From sequence record MN850645.1: DNA of 64,000 nucleotides. One strand, 5' to 3'. Source of the DNA: Escherichia phage outra. Below, in pieces: positions 28,910 through 38,246 of the stretch (positions are counted from its first letter, which is position 1; each line of letters starts with the position of its first letter). The translations under genes were made by a program, and so were the position numbers. Under the pieces are notes generated by a model. It ran no database searches, was not told the DNA's origin, and saw only the letters and a program-made list of their open reading frames with translations.

Positions 28910-29503
28910 TTAAATCTTAAATTCTTCGTTGTTAAATGAATCCAGTGTACGTACTTCTGGTTCTTTGGGAATGAAAACGTCTTTTACAAAGCGGAACATA
29001 GGGAAACGTTCTGCCATTTTACGGACGTGTGCTTCCTTACCTGTGTATCGGTGATTAATAGTACAAATATTAGTTTTCAGTGCAAATTCAAAGTCTGGAT
29101 GATATACATAATTTTGACCATCCCAGTAACACAGGCAAATAGCCACATCAAAGTTCCATACGATTTCACTGCGTACACCCTCTTCCATGATCATAAAGTT
29201 AAACTTAAGATCTTTATAGTATGCTTCAAATACCCATTTCAAATGTGGTAGTTCGGCATAAGTGTGTTCTGTTTGCTTAGTAAGTTGTTTAACATTACGT
29301 GCACCAACACCCAACATCAAAAATTTCTCTACTAGTACGAGTGTATTGTGGTTAGGCATACGCAAGTAAATGTCAATATCTTGCGCAGGTTTCTCTAATC
29401 GCCAATCACGTACAGCGCCGCCAGCTACAATTGCAAACGGATCTACCAGTTGGCACATACGTAATACTTCTAAAGCTCGTACTTTTTGATCTTCAATATT
29501 CAT
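28910..29503 (-). CDS. nucleotidyltransferase, CCA-adding / poly(A) polymerase head-domain type (Pol-beta superfamily)
   Basis: IVAGGAVRDWRL...DIDIYL matches the GGAVRD-DxD catalytic signature of class II CCA/PAP enzymes; only ~197 aa. Start revised to the ATG at 29503 (AGGAGA 5 nt upstream); the track's start at 29524 is a GTG within that RBS. Confidence 0.55.
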   Translation of the reverse strand: MNIEDQKVRALEVLRMCQLVDPFAIVAGGAVRDWRLEKPAQDIDIYLRMPNHNTLVLVEKFLMLGVGARNVKQLTKQTEHTYAELPHLKWVFEAYYKDLKFNFMIMEEGVRSEIVWNFDVAICLCYWDGQNYVYHPDFEFALKTNICTINHRYTGKEAHVRKMAERFPMFRFVKDVFIPKEPEVRTLDSFNNEEFKI

Positions 29504-29537
29504 ATTTTCTCCTATCGTGTCCACTCTTTGTGTTGTT

Positions 29538-29660
29538 CTACATACTCAAGCATTTCATTATATAGTGCTTTTTCATATAATGCGGCGTTAGTTTCTTACT
29601 ACCAGGTAGCGTACTCTCGCCTTCCAAATCATTAATACCTTCACCATATACGGTAAGCAT
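29538..29660 (-). CDS. possible small ORF (40 aa) in an apparent intergenic gap
   Basis: ATG at 29660 with AAGGAG 5 nt upstream, TAG at 29540-29538; below the ORF-track size cut-off. Confidence 0.25.
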   Translation of the reverse strand: MLTVYGEGINDLEGESTLPGSKKLTPHYMKKHYIMKCLSM

Positions 29661-29687
29661 AAAAACTCCTTTAAAATCAAAGAGATG

Positions 29688-32267
29688 TCAGTGACAAGAC
29701 GCCCATGAGTTACCAACATCGTAACCAGCAGTGAGAGGTACATTAAGATTGTAATACTCACCAGCTTTATTAACAGCGATAGATGCTAATTCTCCAGCAC
29801 GACTGTAGGCTGTAAACCAACCACCTTTCGGAGATTCATGTACGTTAGCCCAAATCTTGCCAGTACGTTTCTCTTCCTCTTCTTTCCAGGCATTAACTTT
29901 ATCCAAACATTCTTTATCAATTTTCTTTTGTTCTTCTGGATCATCAACTTGAGTCCAACCTAAAGATTCTTTAGAGAACCATTTAAAATGCACCAGATCA
30001 CGAGTTACTTCAAGCTGTGCTTCATCGTGATATGCAATCATTTGTTGAACGAATGACTTATTTTTCCAGTCATCAACAAAAAAGTCAACAGCTAATCCTT
30101 CTTCTTCGATAAGATCGTCGTAGATAACCATTGCTCTTTTTGCACAAATAACACCACCACTCTGGAACAGAGAGTTAAGTATTGCGTGTGCAGATCGTGT
30201 AGGTACTTTCCTACCATCAATACCCAGAATGTATTTCTTACCTGTTTTAACCCAAAAGTCATGCAGACGTTCTTTAAGAAGCGCAAGAGGTTTTGCAGCT
30301 TCCCAGAAAGCATCGTATACAAGCTGTCCTGTATACATATCACTACCTATAGTTTTTGCTACTTTTGCAGCTTGAGCACCATAAGTAATACCATACTTAA
30401 CAGATTTAGCAGGGCTTCGTTCAAACTTACGACCAATAGTGTCAGAAATACGTCGAGCCATCATTGTATGAACGTCATTAGGTTTTTCCAATAACAGAGC
30501 ATTACAATATTCGTGTGGTTCCTGCTCGTACCGCCAACAGTAGTGTGATTCTATTTTTGCCTCAAGAGAATCAAAGTCATAACCAATTTGGAAGTATTTT
30601 GGAACTTCTACACCAAATAAGTTACGCATTTCATATCCGTACAGAGATGTTACACGTGGGATATTTGCTACTAGCCTATGTTTCATACGAGACGTAGCTG
30701 CATCACACGTTGCAGCAGGAGTTGGTATACGACCATCAGCCCTTACTGCTGCCAGATAACCTTTATCGTAATCCTCTTCATCTTCTTCCCAATCAGCACC
30801 ACCCCCTAGAATAGAGTTCCTACGGTGTTTATACGTAAGATACTGCACAATCTGCGTAGCATAAGGAAACTTTTCACCTAGTGCTTCCAAGTTAGGACAA
30901 ATATCTTTCTCTTGCCCTTTTGTAAAGGAAGGGTTCGTAAGCACTTTAACACCACGACCTTTAGCTTTAGCAATACGATCTCTTAGTTTCCATTCCAAAG
31001 TTTCTGGTGTGCACTCCAGATGATCACATCTGTCCTGGCAGAAGTTAGATGCTAATGTTTGATCAACATAGTCACGAATAGCTTTCTCCATTTGTGCTTC
31101 ATCTTTCTTAATCTTAGTGCCAGATTTAAGAGTGATATCTTTATCTTTATATTCAGATGGACTCCAACCTAAACCAACTAACCAGTTTTTAATATGTGTA
31201 GTGTCGTCTAAAGTAGCAGGTACTGTAGGATCACAAATAGGTTCTTCTGCTGGAATAGGTAGTTTAAACTCTTTACCTAATGCAAATAGCCACCAACCAT
31301 CTTCTTTTTGTACAAGTTCACCAGAATGTTTCTCTGCAAACTTTATCATGTTACTTGAAGGTTCACCATTCTTTTTAAACTGTAGTTTAGGTGGAATGAA
31401 TGATTTCAAATAACCTTTAGTAGCAGGTTTAGGAGGTAGCACAGGTTCTGCCTCTAAACGACATGCTTCCATTCGAGCATCCAGATCACGAATATTATCT
31501 TCTGCTTGTTTCATATTGAAAGCAAAGCCACGGTGCTCTTGACGTGTAATAATATCAGCTACACGTTGTTCTAAGTTAAATGGTTCAGACCACTTGTTAT
31601 AATCACCCCACTCTTCCATCAAATAACGGAACACTGCGGTGTTAGCTTTGTTATCGTAAATACAGTAATACAGCATATCTGCTGCAAATGTTTTAAATCT
31701 TTCAGTTTCAGGAATGTTTTTTCTAAAATCAATTTTAACATCCCCTCCAGCTTTCTTAGATAACTCTGCCAGACTATGACCACCGAAGCGATCAGGGTTT
31801 AGTGTCTTACTTAAGATCATAGTATCACAAATTTCAATGTTACTATTACCCCAAGTATTGTACTTAATACTGTAGTTGAGTTTAAAAAATAATTTAATTG
31901 CCAGTAAGTCAAAGTTAATGATGTTATGTCCAACTACTTTGGTAATTTTATAGTTTGAATTACCTTTAAATTTACCTGTTCCATTTACAAAATCAGGAAA
32001 ATCTTTAAGAGGGAAATGGGTATATTCTAAATGCTCATATTCCTCCAGTCGGTATTCATACTTTCCGTCAGTCTCAACATACGGACGACCATCGAAAAGA
32101 TATTTATCACCATCATGGAAAGCAATAATCTCTCCAGTATCATGACTTTCGCACACAATACAGTGCATTGCAAAACTATCTTTTAAACGATATGGACTTG
32201 CCAAGTAATCTACACTTTCGTCATTAAGCAAGTTGTTACTTTCAATGTCGAAAGTAAAAGCTCCCAT
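29688..32267 (-). CDS. DNA polymerase, family A, with 3'-5' exonuclease domain
   Basis: 859 aa; N-terminal FTFDIESNNL (Exo I DxE); motif A DFDSLEAKI, motif B RSPAKSVKYGITYG, motif C AYHDEAQLEV; RBS AAGGAGGG. Confidence 0.85.
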   Translation of the reverse strand: MGAFTFDIESNNLLNDESVDYLASPYRLKDSFAMHCIVCESHDTGEIIAFHDGDKYLFDGRPYVETDGKYEYRLEEYEHLEYTHFPLKDFPDFVNGTGKFKGNSNYKITKVVGHNIINFDLLAIKLFFKLNYSIKYNTWGNSNIEICDTMILSKTLNPDRFGGHSLAELSKKAGGDVKIDFRKNIPETERFKTFAADMLYYCIYDNKANTAVFRYLMEEWGDYNKWSEPFNLEQRVADIITRQEHRGFAFNMKQAEDNIRDLDARMEACRLEAEPVLPPKPATKGYLKSFIPPKLQFKKNGEPSSNMIKFAEKHSGELVQKEDGWWLFALGKEFKLPIPAEEPICDPTVPATLDDTTHIKNWLVGLGWSPSEYKDKDITLKSGTKIKKDEAQMEKAIRDYVDQTLASNFCQDRCDHLECTPETLEWKLRDRIAKAKGRGVKVLTNPSFTKGQEKDICPNLEALGEKFPYATQIVQYLTYKHRRNSILGGGADWEEDEEDYDKGYLAAVRADGRIPTPAATCDAATSRMKHRLVANIPRVTSLYGYEMRNLFGVEVPKYFQIGYDFDSLEAKIESHYCWRYEQEPHEYCNALLLEKPNDVHTMMARRISDTIGRKFERSPAKSVKYGITYGAQAAKVAKTIGSDMYTGQLVYDAFWEAAKPLALLKERLHDFWVKTGKKYILGIDGRKVPTRSAHAILNSLFQSGGVICAKRAMVIYDDLIEEEGLAVDFFVDDWKNKSFVQQMIAYHDEAQLEVTRDLVHFKWFSKESLGWTQVDDPEEQKKIDKECLDKVNAWKEEEEKRTGKIWANVHESPKGGWFTAYSRAGELASIAVNKAGEYYNLNVPLTAGYDVGNSWASCH

Positions 32268-32335
32268 TCTCCCTCCTTAAAATATTTCTAAAGTCTTAAT
32301 TTGTTAATACTGTACCACAAATTAATTGTTTTGTA

Positions 32336-32353
32336 AAGGGGCTTTCGCCCCTT
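32336..32353. terminator. GC-rich hairpin AAGGGGC-TTTC-GCCCCTT between two minus-strand genes
   Basis: 7 bp G/C stem; same element as the hairpin at 22364-22383 in inverted orientation; the downstream U-tract is weak on the minus strand and better on the plus strand. Confidence 0.45.
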
Positions 32354-32357
32354 CTTG

Positions 32358-32753
32358 TTATTTATTGTCAGCACTTAGTTGTACTTTAATAAGGCAATTA
32401 GGGACACCATTGGTATTTCTCAAGCCTACACGTTCAATTTTAACAGTGCCTGTCAAACCATTAAAAGTGGAAACAATGTTATTAATGTTTTCATCCTTAC
32501 TAGTGATATCAAGAATAACTTTATCACTGACATTTTTCAACATACGATCTACAAGCTCTCCCACAAAACCACTGGTAGTTTGAATGAGAAGGTATAGACA
32601 ACCATCCTCAAACCACAAATGTTCACCATAAGCATAACCGTATGGTTCTAATTCTGATCCGTCTTGAAATTTAAACTTAGCAATAGTTTTCGTATAATCA
32701 TACGCTAAAGCAGAAGGGCATACCCCATAGAGGATGTTTTCGTTGTCTTTCAT
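32358..32753 (-). CDS. hypothetical protein (start revised to internal ATG)
   Basis: The ATG at 32753 has AAGGAG 6 nt upstream and sits right after the primase-helicase stop; the longer track ORF (to 32882) would overlap that gene by 119 nt. Confidence 0.45.
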   Translation of the reverse strand: MKDNENILYGVCPSALAYDYTKTIAKFKFQDGSELEPYGYAYGEHLWFEDGCLYLLIQTTSGFVGELVDRMLKNVSDKVILDITSKDENINNIVSTFNGLTGTVKIERVGLRNTNGVPNCLIKVQLSADNK

Positions 32754-32763
32754 ATTTTTCTCC

Positions 32764-34536
32764 TTAATAAGAACCAGCAGAGATGTTCTCTGGGTTACTT
32801 GTGTATTGATCGTAATCGTGAAGTGTAGCTGTTTTAATCTCATAGAAGAAACTACCTGCTGCACCAGTCTCTGAGAACTCACGGTTCTTTAGAATGTAGC
32901 AATATGTGCGGTTACGTTCCATAGGATCTTCAGCTTGTTTATCACGCTCCAGCGCAATTGTGATACCAGCACCTTTAGCAAGGAAGCTACTACCCATTGC
33001 ATCATCTTCTACAATATGTTCATTACTATTGTTAGAAGACTTTTTAACGTGTGAAATTACAACAATGGTTATTGCATACTCTTTCATAATGCGTTTCAGC
33101 CACGTCGCAAGTTCCTCTTGTTGTGACACGTCCATACCAGAAAGCAAATCAGAATAAGGGTCGATAACAAGAATGGTTACTCCGAAATAAATAATCATTT
33201 CCAGAACCTTCTCTTTAATCACATCTACGTTAGCTCCACGATCATCACAAACATAGAAACGTGGTGTTCCATCTTCTCGTTCGTAAAAATCACGAATCTT
33301 TTCTTCATTATCTTTTAAAATCTTTTCCTTCTCTTCTTTCGTTTTACGGTGAAGAGGGATATGCAAGAATGAAGACAGTAAGTTACGAGAATACTTCTTA
33401 TACGTTGCCTCCAAAGATAAAATACCAAGAGTATGTTCTGGATGTGCAAGAATAATGTGCTTTGTAATCTCGTTAACCAACAGTGTCTTACCAATACTTG
33501 TTTTTGCAAGTATAACAGTAATTTCTTCTTCTACCAAGCCTCCACCTAACATATTAGAAGCAACACGCATGAATGGAGGAAGGGTGATCATTTTAGCTTC
33601 CAGGCATTCCAAGGCTGCTTCATACAGTACGTTAGAAGCGTAAACACCAGCAGGTGTGTACAATTTAGCTTTGAAAAAGCGATCAATAAAATGATCAATT
33701 TTTCCTTCTACTAGTGCCTGGTTAGGATCTTTAACATCCGTTAGTTCCATCACGTAAACTTTATTACGTGGTAAGATTTTAACACATTTCTCAACTGCTG
33801 CACGTCCAGCTTCATCATTATCCATACATAGAACAATCTTTTTAAATTGATCTAAGAATTTATAACGATGTTGAAGCTGCTTATGCAGAGATGTTTCGCC
33901 ACAAGTACCAGATACTACAGCAGGAACAGGATATTTACCACCCTTGTTATAATCTTTTAGCATCTGTGTTGCAGCCAGCATATCGTGTTCACCACCAACG
34001 ATTAGAATAGTACCGCTGTGGTTACGATATTTAAACTCCCCAAAAAGATCACAATCCTTTCCTGTTTCACCGATAGGATGCGAGAAATCTTTTGGATCGA
34101 TACGTTGTTTATACCCAGCAATATTGTAATCTTTAGTTGTAGGGTATAGTGTTGAAATTACTTCGCCAGTAGCTTCATCGTACATATAACGTACACCGAA
34201 AGGCTTAGAGATATCTTCACGAATACCGCGATAACCTTTTGGATTAGTTCCAGTGCTGGCTTTTAGTTTATCATGTACTTCTGGATTAAACTCACTACCC
34301 AAGATATCCTCCTCTTCAATTTCTTCGCCGTGTGCATTTAACCATTTTTGATCAGGGATAGTAAAGCCACAAGAAAAACAATGTGCGCCTCGATGGTCTT
34401 CATCGGCATCTAAGCCATATACCATCAAATTGTTTTGTGATCGATCACGCCCTCCTTTCATACAACGAGGACACCCAGTATGTCCTTCTTGACTTAGATC
34501 AATGTTATACCCATATTTATTTACAACATAAGACAC
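32764..34536 (-). CDS. DNA primase / helicase (T7 gp4-like)
   Basis: 590 aa; N-terminal zinc ribbon (CPRCMKGG...CFSCGF), central TOPRIM-like region, C-terminal DnaB-type helicase with Walker A (AKTSIGKT); GTG start after AGGAG. Confidence 0.8.
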   Translation of the reverse strand: MSYVVNKYGYNIDLSQEGHTGCPRCMKGGRDRSQNNLMVYGLDADEDHRGAHCFSCGFTIPDQKWLNAHGEEIEEEDILGSEFNPEVHDKLKASTGTNPKGYRGIREDISKPFGVRYMYDEATGEVISTLYPTTKDYNIAGYKQRIDPKDFSHPIGETGKDCDLFGEFKYRNHSGTILIVGGEHDMLAATQMLKDYNKGGKYPVPAVVSGTCGETSLHKQLQHRYKFLDQFKKIVLCMDNDEAGRAAVEKCVKILPRNKVYVMELTDVKDPNQALVEGKIDHFIDRFFKAKLYTPAGVYASNVLYEAALECLEAKMITLPPFMRVASNMLGGGLVEEEITVILAKTSIGKTLLVNEITKHIILAHPEHTLGILSLEATYKKYSRNLLSSFLHIPLHRKTKEEKEKILKDNEEKIRDFYEREDGTPRFYVCDDRGANVDVIKEKVLEMIIYFGVTILVIDPYSDLLSGMDVSQQEELATWLKRIMKEYAITIVVISHVKKSSNNSNEHIVEDDAMGSSFLAKGAGITIALERDKQAEDPMERNRTYCYILKNREFSETGAAGSFFYEIKTATLHDYDQYTSNPENISAGSY

Positions 34537-34548
34537 AGGATTCTCCTA

Positions 34549-34818
34549 CTAAAATGATTCGTTTGTCTCCATAATATATTGCATTTCCAAATCTTCCATA
34601 TGTTTCTTAAATTGGTAAACAATTTCCGATGGGGAAATATCTATATCAAAAAGTTCTTTTGTACCAGAATAAAACCTAATACCATCAACAATAAGACCAC
34701 CATAATAATCCCAATCACTTTCTCGTGAGAAAGGGTTAGGTTCTTCATAATAGTAATCTACTTCAACAATAATAGGTTCTTTATTATCTTGTTTATACTC
34801 AAAATCAAAAGTGTTCAT
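34549..34818 (-). CDS. hypothetical protein
   Basis: 89 aa acidic ORF coupled to the upstream gene (TAATG overlap). Confidence 0.4.
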   Translation of the reverse strand: MNTFDFEYKQDNKEPIIVEVDYYYEEPNPFSRESDWDYYGGLIVDGIRFYSGTKELFDIDISPSEIVYQFKKHMEDLEMQYIMETNESF

Positions 34819-35762
34819 TATAAATCCTCGATAAGCAGTCTGCGGGTTTCATTTAAATCATCAATATTGTAGTTATCTCTTACATACTTAGCAAGAGCCA
34901 ATCCTTTCTCAATACAAACATCAGGAGATTCGATTAAGTATTCTACAATATCTTTCCACTCTTTAACTGAATCAGCAAAGAAGATTAGATCTTTAAATTC
35001 TTCAGTATAATAGTTCTCTCGTGGCGAACAAACGAGTGGCAAACCTTTAGCACCAGCTTCAAGAATTTTTAAATTACTTTTGGCATTATTAAAATGATTA
35101 TTTACTAATGGAGCTATGGAGATTTGATGACCATCGTATGCTTCCATATAACACTCATAAGGACGAATACCTTCATAAACACAATCTGGTTGAATATCTT
35201 CTTTAATTTGCAACCATTGAGCACTACTTAACTCTTCGTGATCTCTACGAAATCCACATAAAGTTAAATCTTTACCAAAATCAGGAAGAATTGCTAAATC
35301 ATGTTTATGGGTTTCACTTCCCGCCCAAACCAGTGGACTTTTAGAATAACGATCTTTAGTAAGAACAAACTGTCCTTCATCAAAAGGTAGTCCGTTAGGC
35401 ACAATATGTACATTATCATTGTATTGGCTTAATTCAACCTTTAATGCCGGAGTTGTTGTAGTTACAAGATCGCTTCTTTCAAGAAACCATTTTAGGTCAT
35501 CTCGGATTTGATTTTCAAATAGTCCTTCAAGCATATGTCCTTCAGGAATAATTAAAGAATCATCCAGATCCATTACCAATTTAAACCCAAGTTGTTTAAG
35601 AGCCAGGAAACCTGGCTTTCCACGTGTTGGTACACCATTGAACACAAAAATATTATGCTTAGGATTAATGGTCAGTTTGCGTTTATATGGCAAAATGATT
35701 CTATGAAAATCACATACACTATACTTTTCATTTCCGCGTGTGTCAAGAATAATATTAGGCAT
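34818..35762 (-). CDS. glycosyltransferase-like protein, GT-B fold candidate (paralog 1)
   Basis: 314 aa; clear paralog of the next gene (shared blocks VDLDD, PxDEGQFxLTKDR, YDGHxIxIAPLVxNxFNNxKSNLKILEAGAKGLP); the last block resembles the GT-B donor-binding motif. Confidence 0.45.
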   Translation of the reverse strand: MPNIILDTRGNEKYSVCDFHRIILPYKRKLTINPKHNIFVFNGVPTRGKPGFLALKQLGFKLVMDLDDSLIIPEGHMLEGLFENQIRDDLKWFLERSDLVTTTTPALKVELSQYNDNVHIVPNGLPFDEGQFVLTKDRYSKSPLVWAGSETHKHDLAILPDFGKDLTLCGFRRDHEELSSAQWLQIKEDIQPDCVYEGIRPYECYMEAYDGHQISIAPLVNNHFNNAKSNLKILEAGAKGLPLVCSPRENYYTEEFKDLIFFADSVKEWKDIVEYLIESPDVCIEKGLALAKYVRDNYNIDDLNETRRLLIEDL

Positions 35763-35773
35763 ATAACTCCTTG

Positions 35774-36787
35774 TTAAAGACTTTCAATAACTTGACGACG
35801 CAGTTCATTGGCATCTGCAAGATTATAATTAAGACGAACGTGTTCTGCAAGCATCATACCACGATCTTCTGTGTATCTAGGGTTCCTCATTAGCTTGACA
35901 ACTTCATAATGCCAAGATGCTTTAGAGTCTGCATAGATAACAGCCTTTGCATCTACCGGATTGAAGTACGGCAGCACAGGAGAACAGATAATAGGAAGAC
36001 CCTTTGCACCTGCTTCCAAAATCTTCAAATTGCTTTTACAGTTGTTGAAGTCATTATCTACCAGGGGAGCAATTGCAATGCTGTGACCGTCATACACAGA
36101 CATATACTCACCTAAATTTTTAATAGCTGGTTTATACTGTGCATTTGGAATTTTACGTTTTATTTTAACCCACTCCGCAGTAGTTAGATACTGACTGTTA
36201 TTTCCAACAGGTGCAGAAGGATACACTTCATACCCTGCAATTGTCAATAGTGTATCATCAAATGTATTAGCTACAAGAGATAAATCAGGCTCGTGGCTTG
36301 CTCCTCCAGCCCAGATAATAGGCGTGTCAGAATTACGGTCTTTTGTCAAAGTAAATTGACCTTCGTCGTAAGGTAGTGCGTTTCTAATTACGACAACATT
36401 ACGATTTAAATGACGAATTTTGTAAGCTAGGTATTCTGTTGTTACAGTAACAACATCTGCTAACTTAACCATCTCTACAATAGTCTTTGAATGATTAGTA
36501 AATACGCCAGCCATATAATGTTCAGGATTAAGTGAATAAAAGTCATCTAAATCAACAATAATCTTAACACCTTGTGCCTTCAGGCGTTTAACCTCGTCTG
36601 CTCCACGAGAATACACTCTATTAAAAACTAAAACGTCTTTCTTAGGTTTAAACGTATTTCCAGCAAATGGCATTACAATACGATGGTAATCACAACCACT
36701 GCCTAACTTATTATCACACTTAAGTACAGGAGTATTAGGATTTACCATATTTTTGAGCCTCCTCATAAGAGATAAAAGTTTTACCAT
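35774..36787 (-). CDS. glycosyltransferase-like protein, GT-B fold candidate (paralog 2)
   Basis: 337 aa; tandem paralog of 34818-35762. Alternative in-frame starts at 36766 and 36748, the latter with a GAGGAGG RBS. Confidence 0.45.
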   Translation of the reverse strand: MVKLLSLMRRLKNMVNPNTPVLKCDNKLGSGCDYHRIVMPFAGNTFKPKKDVLVFNRVYSRGADEVKRLKAQGVKIIVDLDDFYSLNPEHYMAGVFTNHSKTIVEMVKLADVVTVTTEYLAYKIRHLNRNVVVIRNALPYDEGQFTLTKDRNSDTPIIWAGGASHEPDLSLVANTFDDTLLTIAGYEVYPSAPVGNNSQYLTTAEWVKIKRKIPNAQYKPAIKNLGEYMSVYDGHSIAIAPLVDNDFNNCKSNLKILEAGAKGLPIICSPVLPYFNPVDAKAVIYADSKASWHYEVVKLMRNPRYTEDRGMMLAEHVRLNYNLADANELRRQVIESL

Positions 36788-37421
36788 TGCGAAGATCCTC
36801 CAAGGATTGTTTATATTGTTCCCAGTTTACACCAATCCCCTGTTCTTTCTCTTCTTTTGACAGATTCGCAAAAGGTAAAGGATTGTCTCCAAATACATCA
36901 TCAGGATGGATAAACGCCATAATTCGAATAGGACATGGCACGCCTTGAATACCTCGGTTCAAACCTGCCAGTGGAACGCGATGAATCCACTCTGCATCTT
37001 CATATCCATAACCGTGGGTGTATGAGCGGAAATAGCCAGCTTTCTCAATAACTGCACGGGAATACATACCAAACTGGCACATACCTAGTTCCCAAATAAC
37101 CACTTCCCCTTCAATACCTTTTACTTTATCTTTAAAGTATTCAGGCATACCAAAGAAATCCCAACCATTTTCCTTCGCCTGTTTTACAAAATATGTTTCC
37201 CAACCTTGAACAACAGGATAGCAATCATCATCAAAAATAAACCAGTAATCATACCCTTCATCATAAAACTTTTTCATCAGTTCATTACGAGCATATGCAA
37301 CACCTTTTCGCTCCCGATCATACTGTACAACAAAAGTAGCATTAGGATCAGTCACAAGATAATCTTTAAGAGGACGCTTACCTACAGTAATAACACCAAC
37401 ACCAATTTTTGTATTTTCCAA
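36735..37421 (-). CDS. glycosyltransferase, family 2-like (GT-A fold)
   Basis: 228 aa; TTG start after AAGGAG; N-terminal IGVGVITVGKR, then RKGVAYARNELMK and DxD motif FIFDDDCYP, as in GT2 enzymes. Confidence 0.65.
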   Translation of the reverse strand: MENTKIGVGVITVGKRPLKDYLVTDPNATFVVQYDRERKGVAYARNELMKKFYDEGYDYWFIFDDDCYPVVQGWETYFVKQAKENGWDFFGMPEYFKDKVKGIEGEVVIWELGMCQFGMYSRAVIEKAGYFRSYTHGYGYEDAEWIHRVPLAGLNRGIQGVPCPIRIMAFIHPDDVFGDNPLPFANLSKEEKEQGIGVNWEQYKQSLEDLRNGKTFISYEEAQKYGKS

Positions 37422-37430
37422 AATAACTCC

Positions 37431-37994
37431 TTAAATAATTTTATTCATGTCTTGACAATGTAAAAGGTGTGAAATAGCTTTTCTAGGATCATCATTACCT
37501 AAACGGTATGTGTGAAATAAATATAACCCACGTAGTAAACCTAGCCTTTTATTGTTAGCGTGCAATGCTTTAGAGAAAATTATATCAAACTGTATTGATC
37601 TTTCCTCAAAAGGGATTTCATTCCACAGACTCTTACGAAAGAGAAGAAAGAATCCTGCTAAGATAGCATCTGTAGGTACTTCCTCTATTGAGTTTCCCCA
37701 TTCTAGATGTGCTCTTTTTGCAATCTCAATGTGGTGTAGTATATTCGGATCTTCACTTCTTTCATTATTAAATAATTGATATGTTGATCCCAATCTATTA
37801 CAAGATGCACCAAGAACATCAAAATCAGGATTTGAACGGACTATTGATTCCAGCCAAGCAGGTTGTTCTGGAAGAAGAAACATTGTATCAATGTCTCTTA
37901 GGCAAATCCAACTATCTTCTGGTAAGACACTTATTGTGTCATTGATACCTTTTCCAATATCTCCAGAAAGATAGGGAGTTATGTGAAATATCAT
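37431..37994 (-). CDS. putative glycosyltransferase (DxD-containing), first gene of the GT block
   Basis: 187 aa; contains ICLRDIDTMF; GGAGGG RBS; assignment is weak and rests mainly on context. Confidence 0.3.
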   Translation of the reverse strand: MIFHITPYLSGDIGKGINDTISVLPEDSWICLRDIDTMFLLPEQPAWLESIVRSNPDFDVLGASCNRLGSTYQLFNNERSEDPNILHHIEIAKRAHLEWGNSIEEVPTDAILAGFFLLFRKSLWNEIPFEERSIQFDIIFSKALHANNKRLGLLRGLYLFHTYRLGNDDPRKAISHLLHCQDMNKII

Positions 37995-38022
37995 ACTCCC
38001 TCCGTATTATTACTTTAGCATT

Positions 38023-38042
38023 TTTAGACTAAAAAGTCTAAA
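38023..38042. promoter_or_regulatory. 20 bp perfect palindrome TTTAGACT-AAAA-AGTCTAAA (operator or weak terminator candidate)
   Basis: Lies in the 57 nt gap between the gene ending at 38052 and the first GT-block gene starting at 37994. Confidence 0.3.
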
Positions 38043-38051
38043 TGGTTTTAC

Positions 38052-38246
38052 CTATTGATTACGTTTTGCGAGTTCCATTTGGATAGCTAAACTGTGATCT
38101 CGTGCTTCCATATACTCTTTATACGTTTCATTAAGATGATCACGACAAACATCACGCAGTTTAATCAATTTATCTGTAGGGATACCACTAAGATCATCCC
38201 AAGATTTTACAACTTCGCCAGTATCATTGATCCCAATGGTTTTCAT
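38052..38246 (-). CDS. hypothetical small protein
   Basis: 64 aa; AAGGAGG 6 nt upstream of the ATG. Confidence 0.4.
   Translation of the reverse strand: MKTIGINDTGEVVKSWDDLSGIPTDKLIKLRDVCRDHLNETYKEYMEARDHSLAIQMELAKRNQ

Noticed and set aside
30186-31413. Plus-strand ORFs inside the DNA polymerase gene (30186-30494, 30515-30697, 31117-31413)
   Set aside because: They are antisense to a gene with intact family A polymerase motifs; no signals. No intron or homing endonuclease (HNH/LAGLIDADG/GIY-YIG) was seen interrupting the polymerase or nrdD.
32358-32882. Long version (174 aa) of the ORF downstream of the primase-helicase gene
   Set aside because: It would overlap the primase-helicase C-terminus by 119 nt; the internal ATG at 32753 follows the upstream stop and has a strong AAGGAG RBS.
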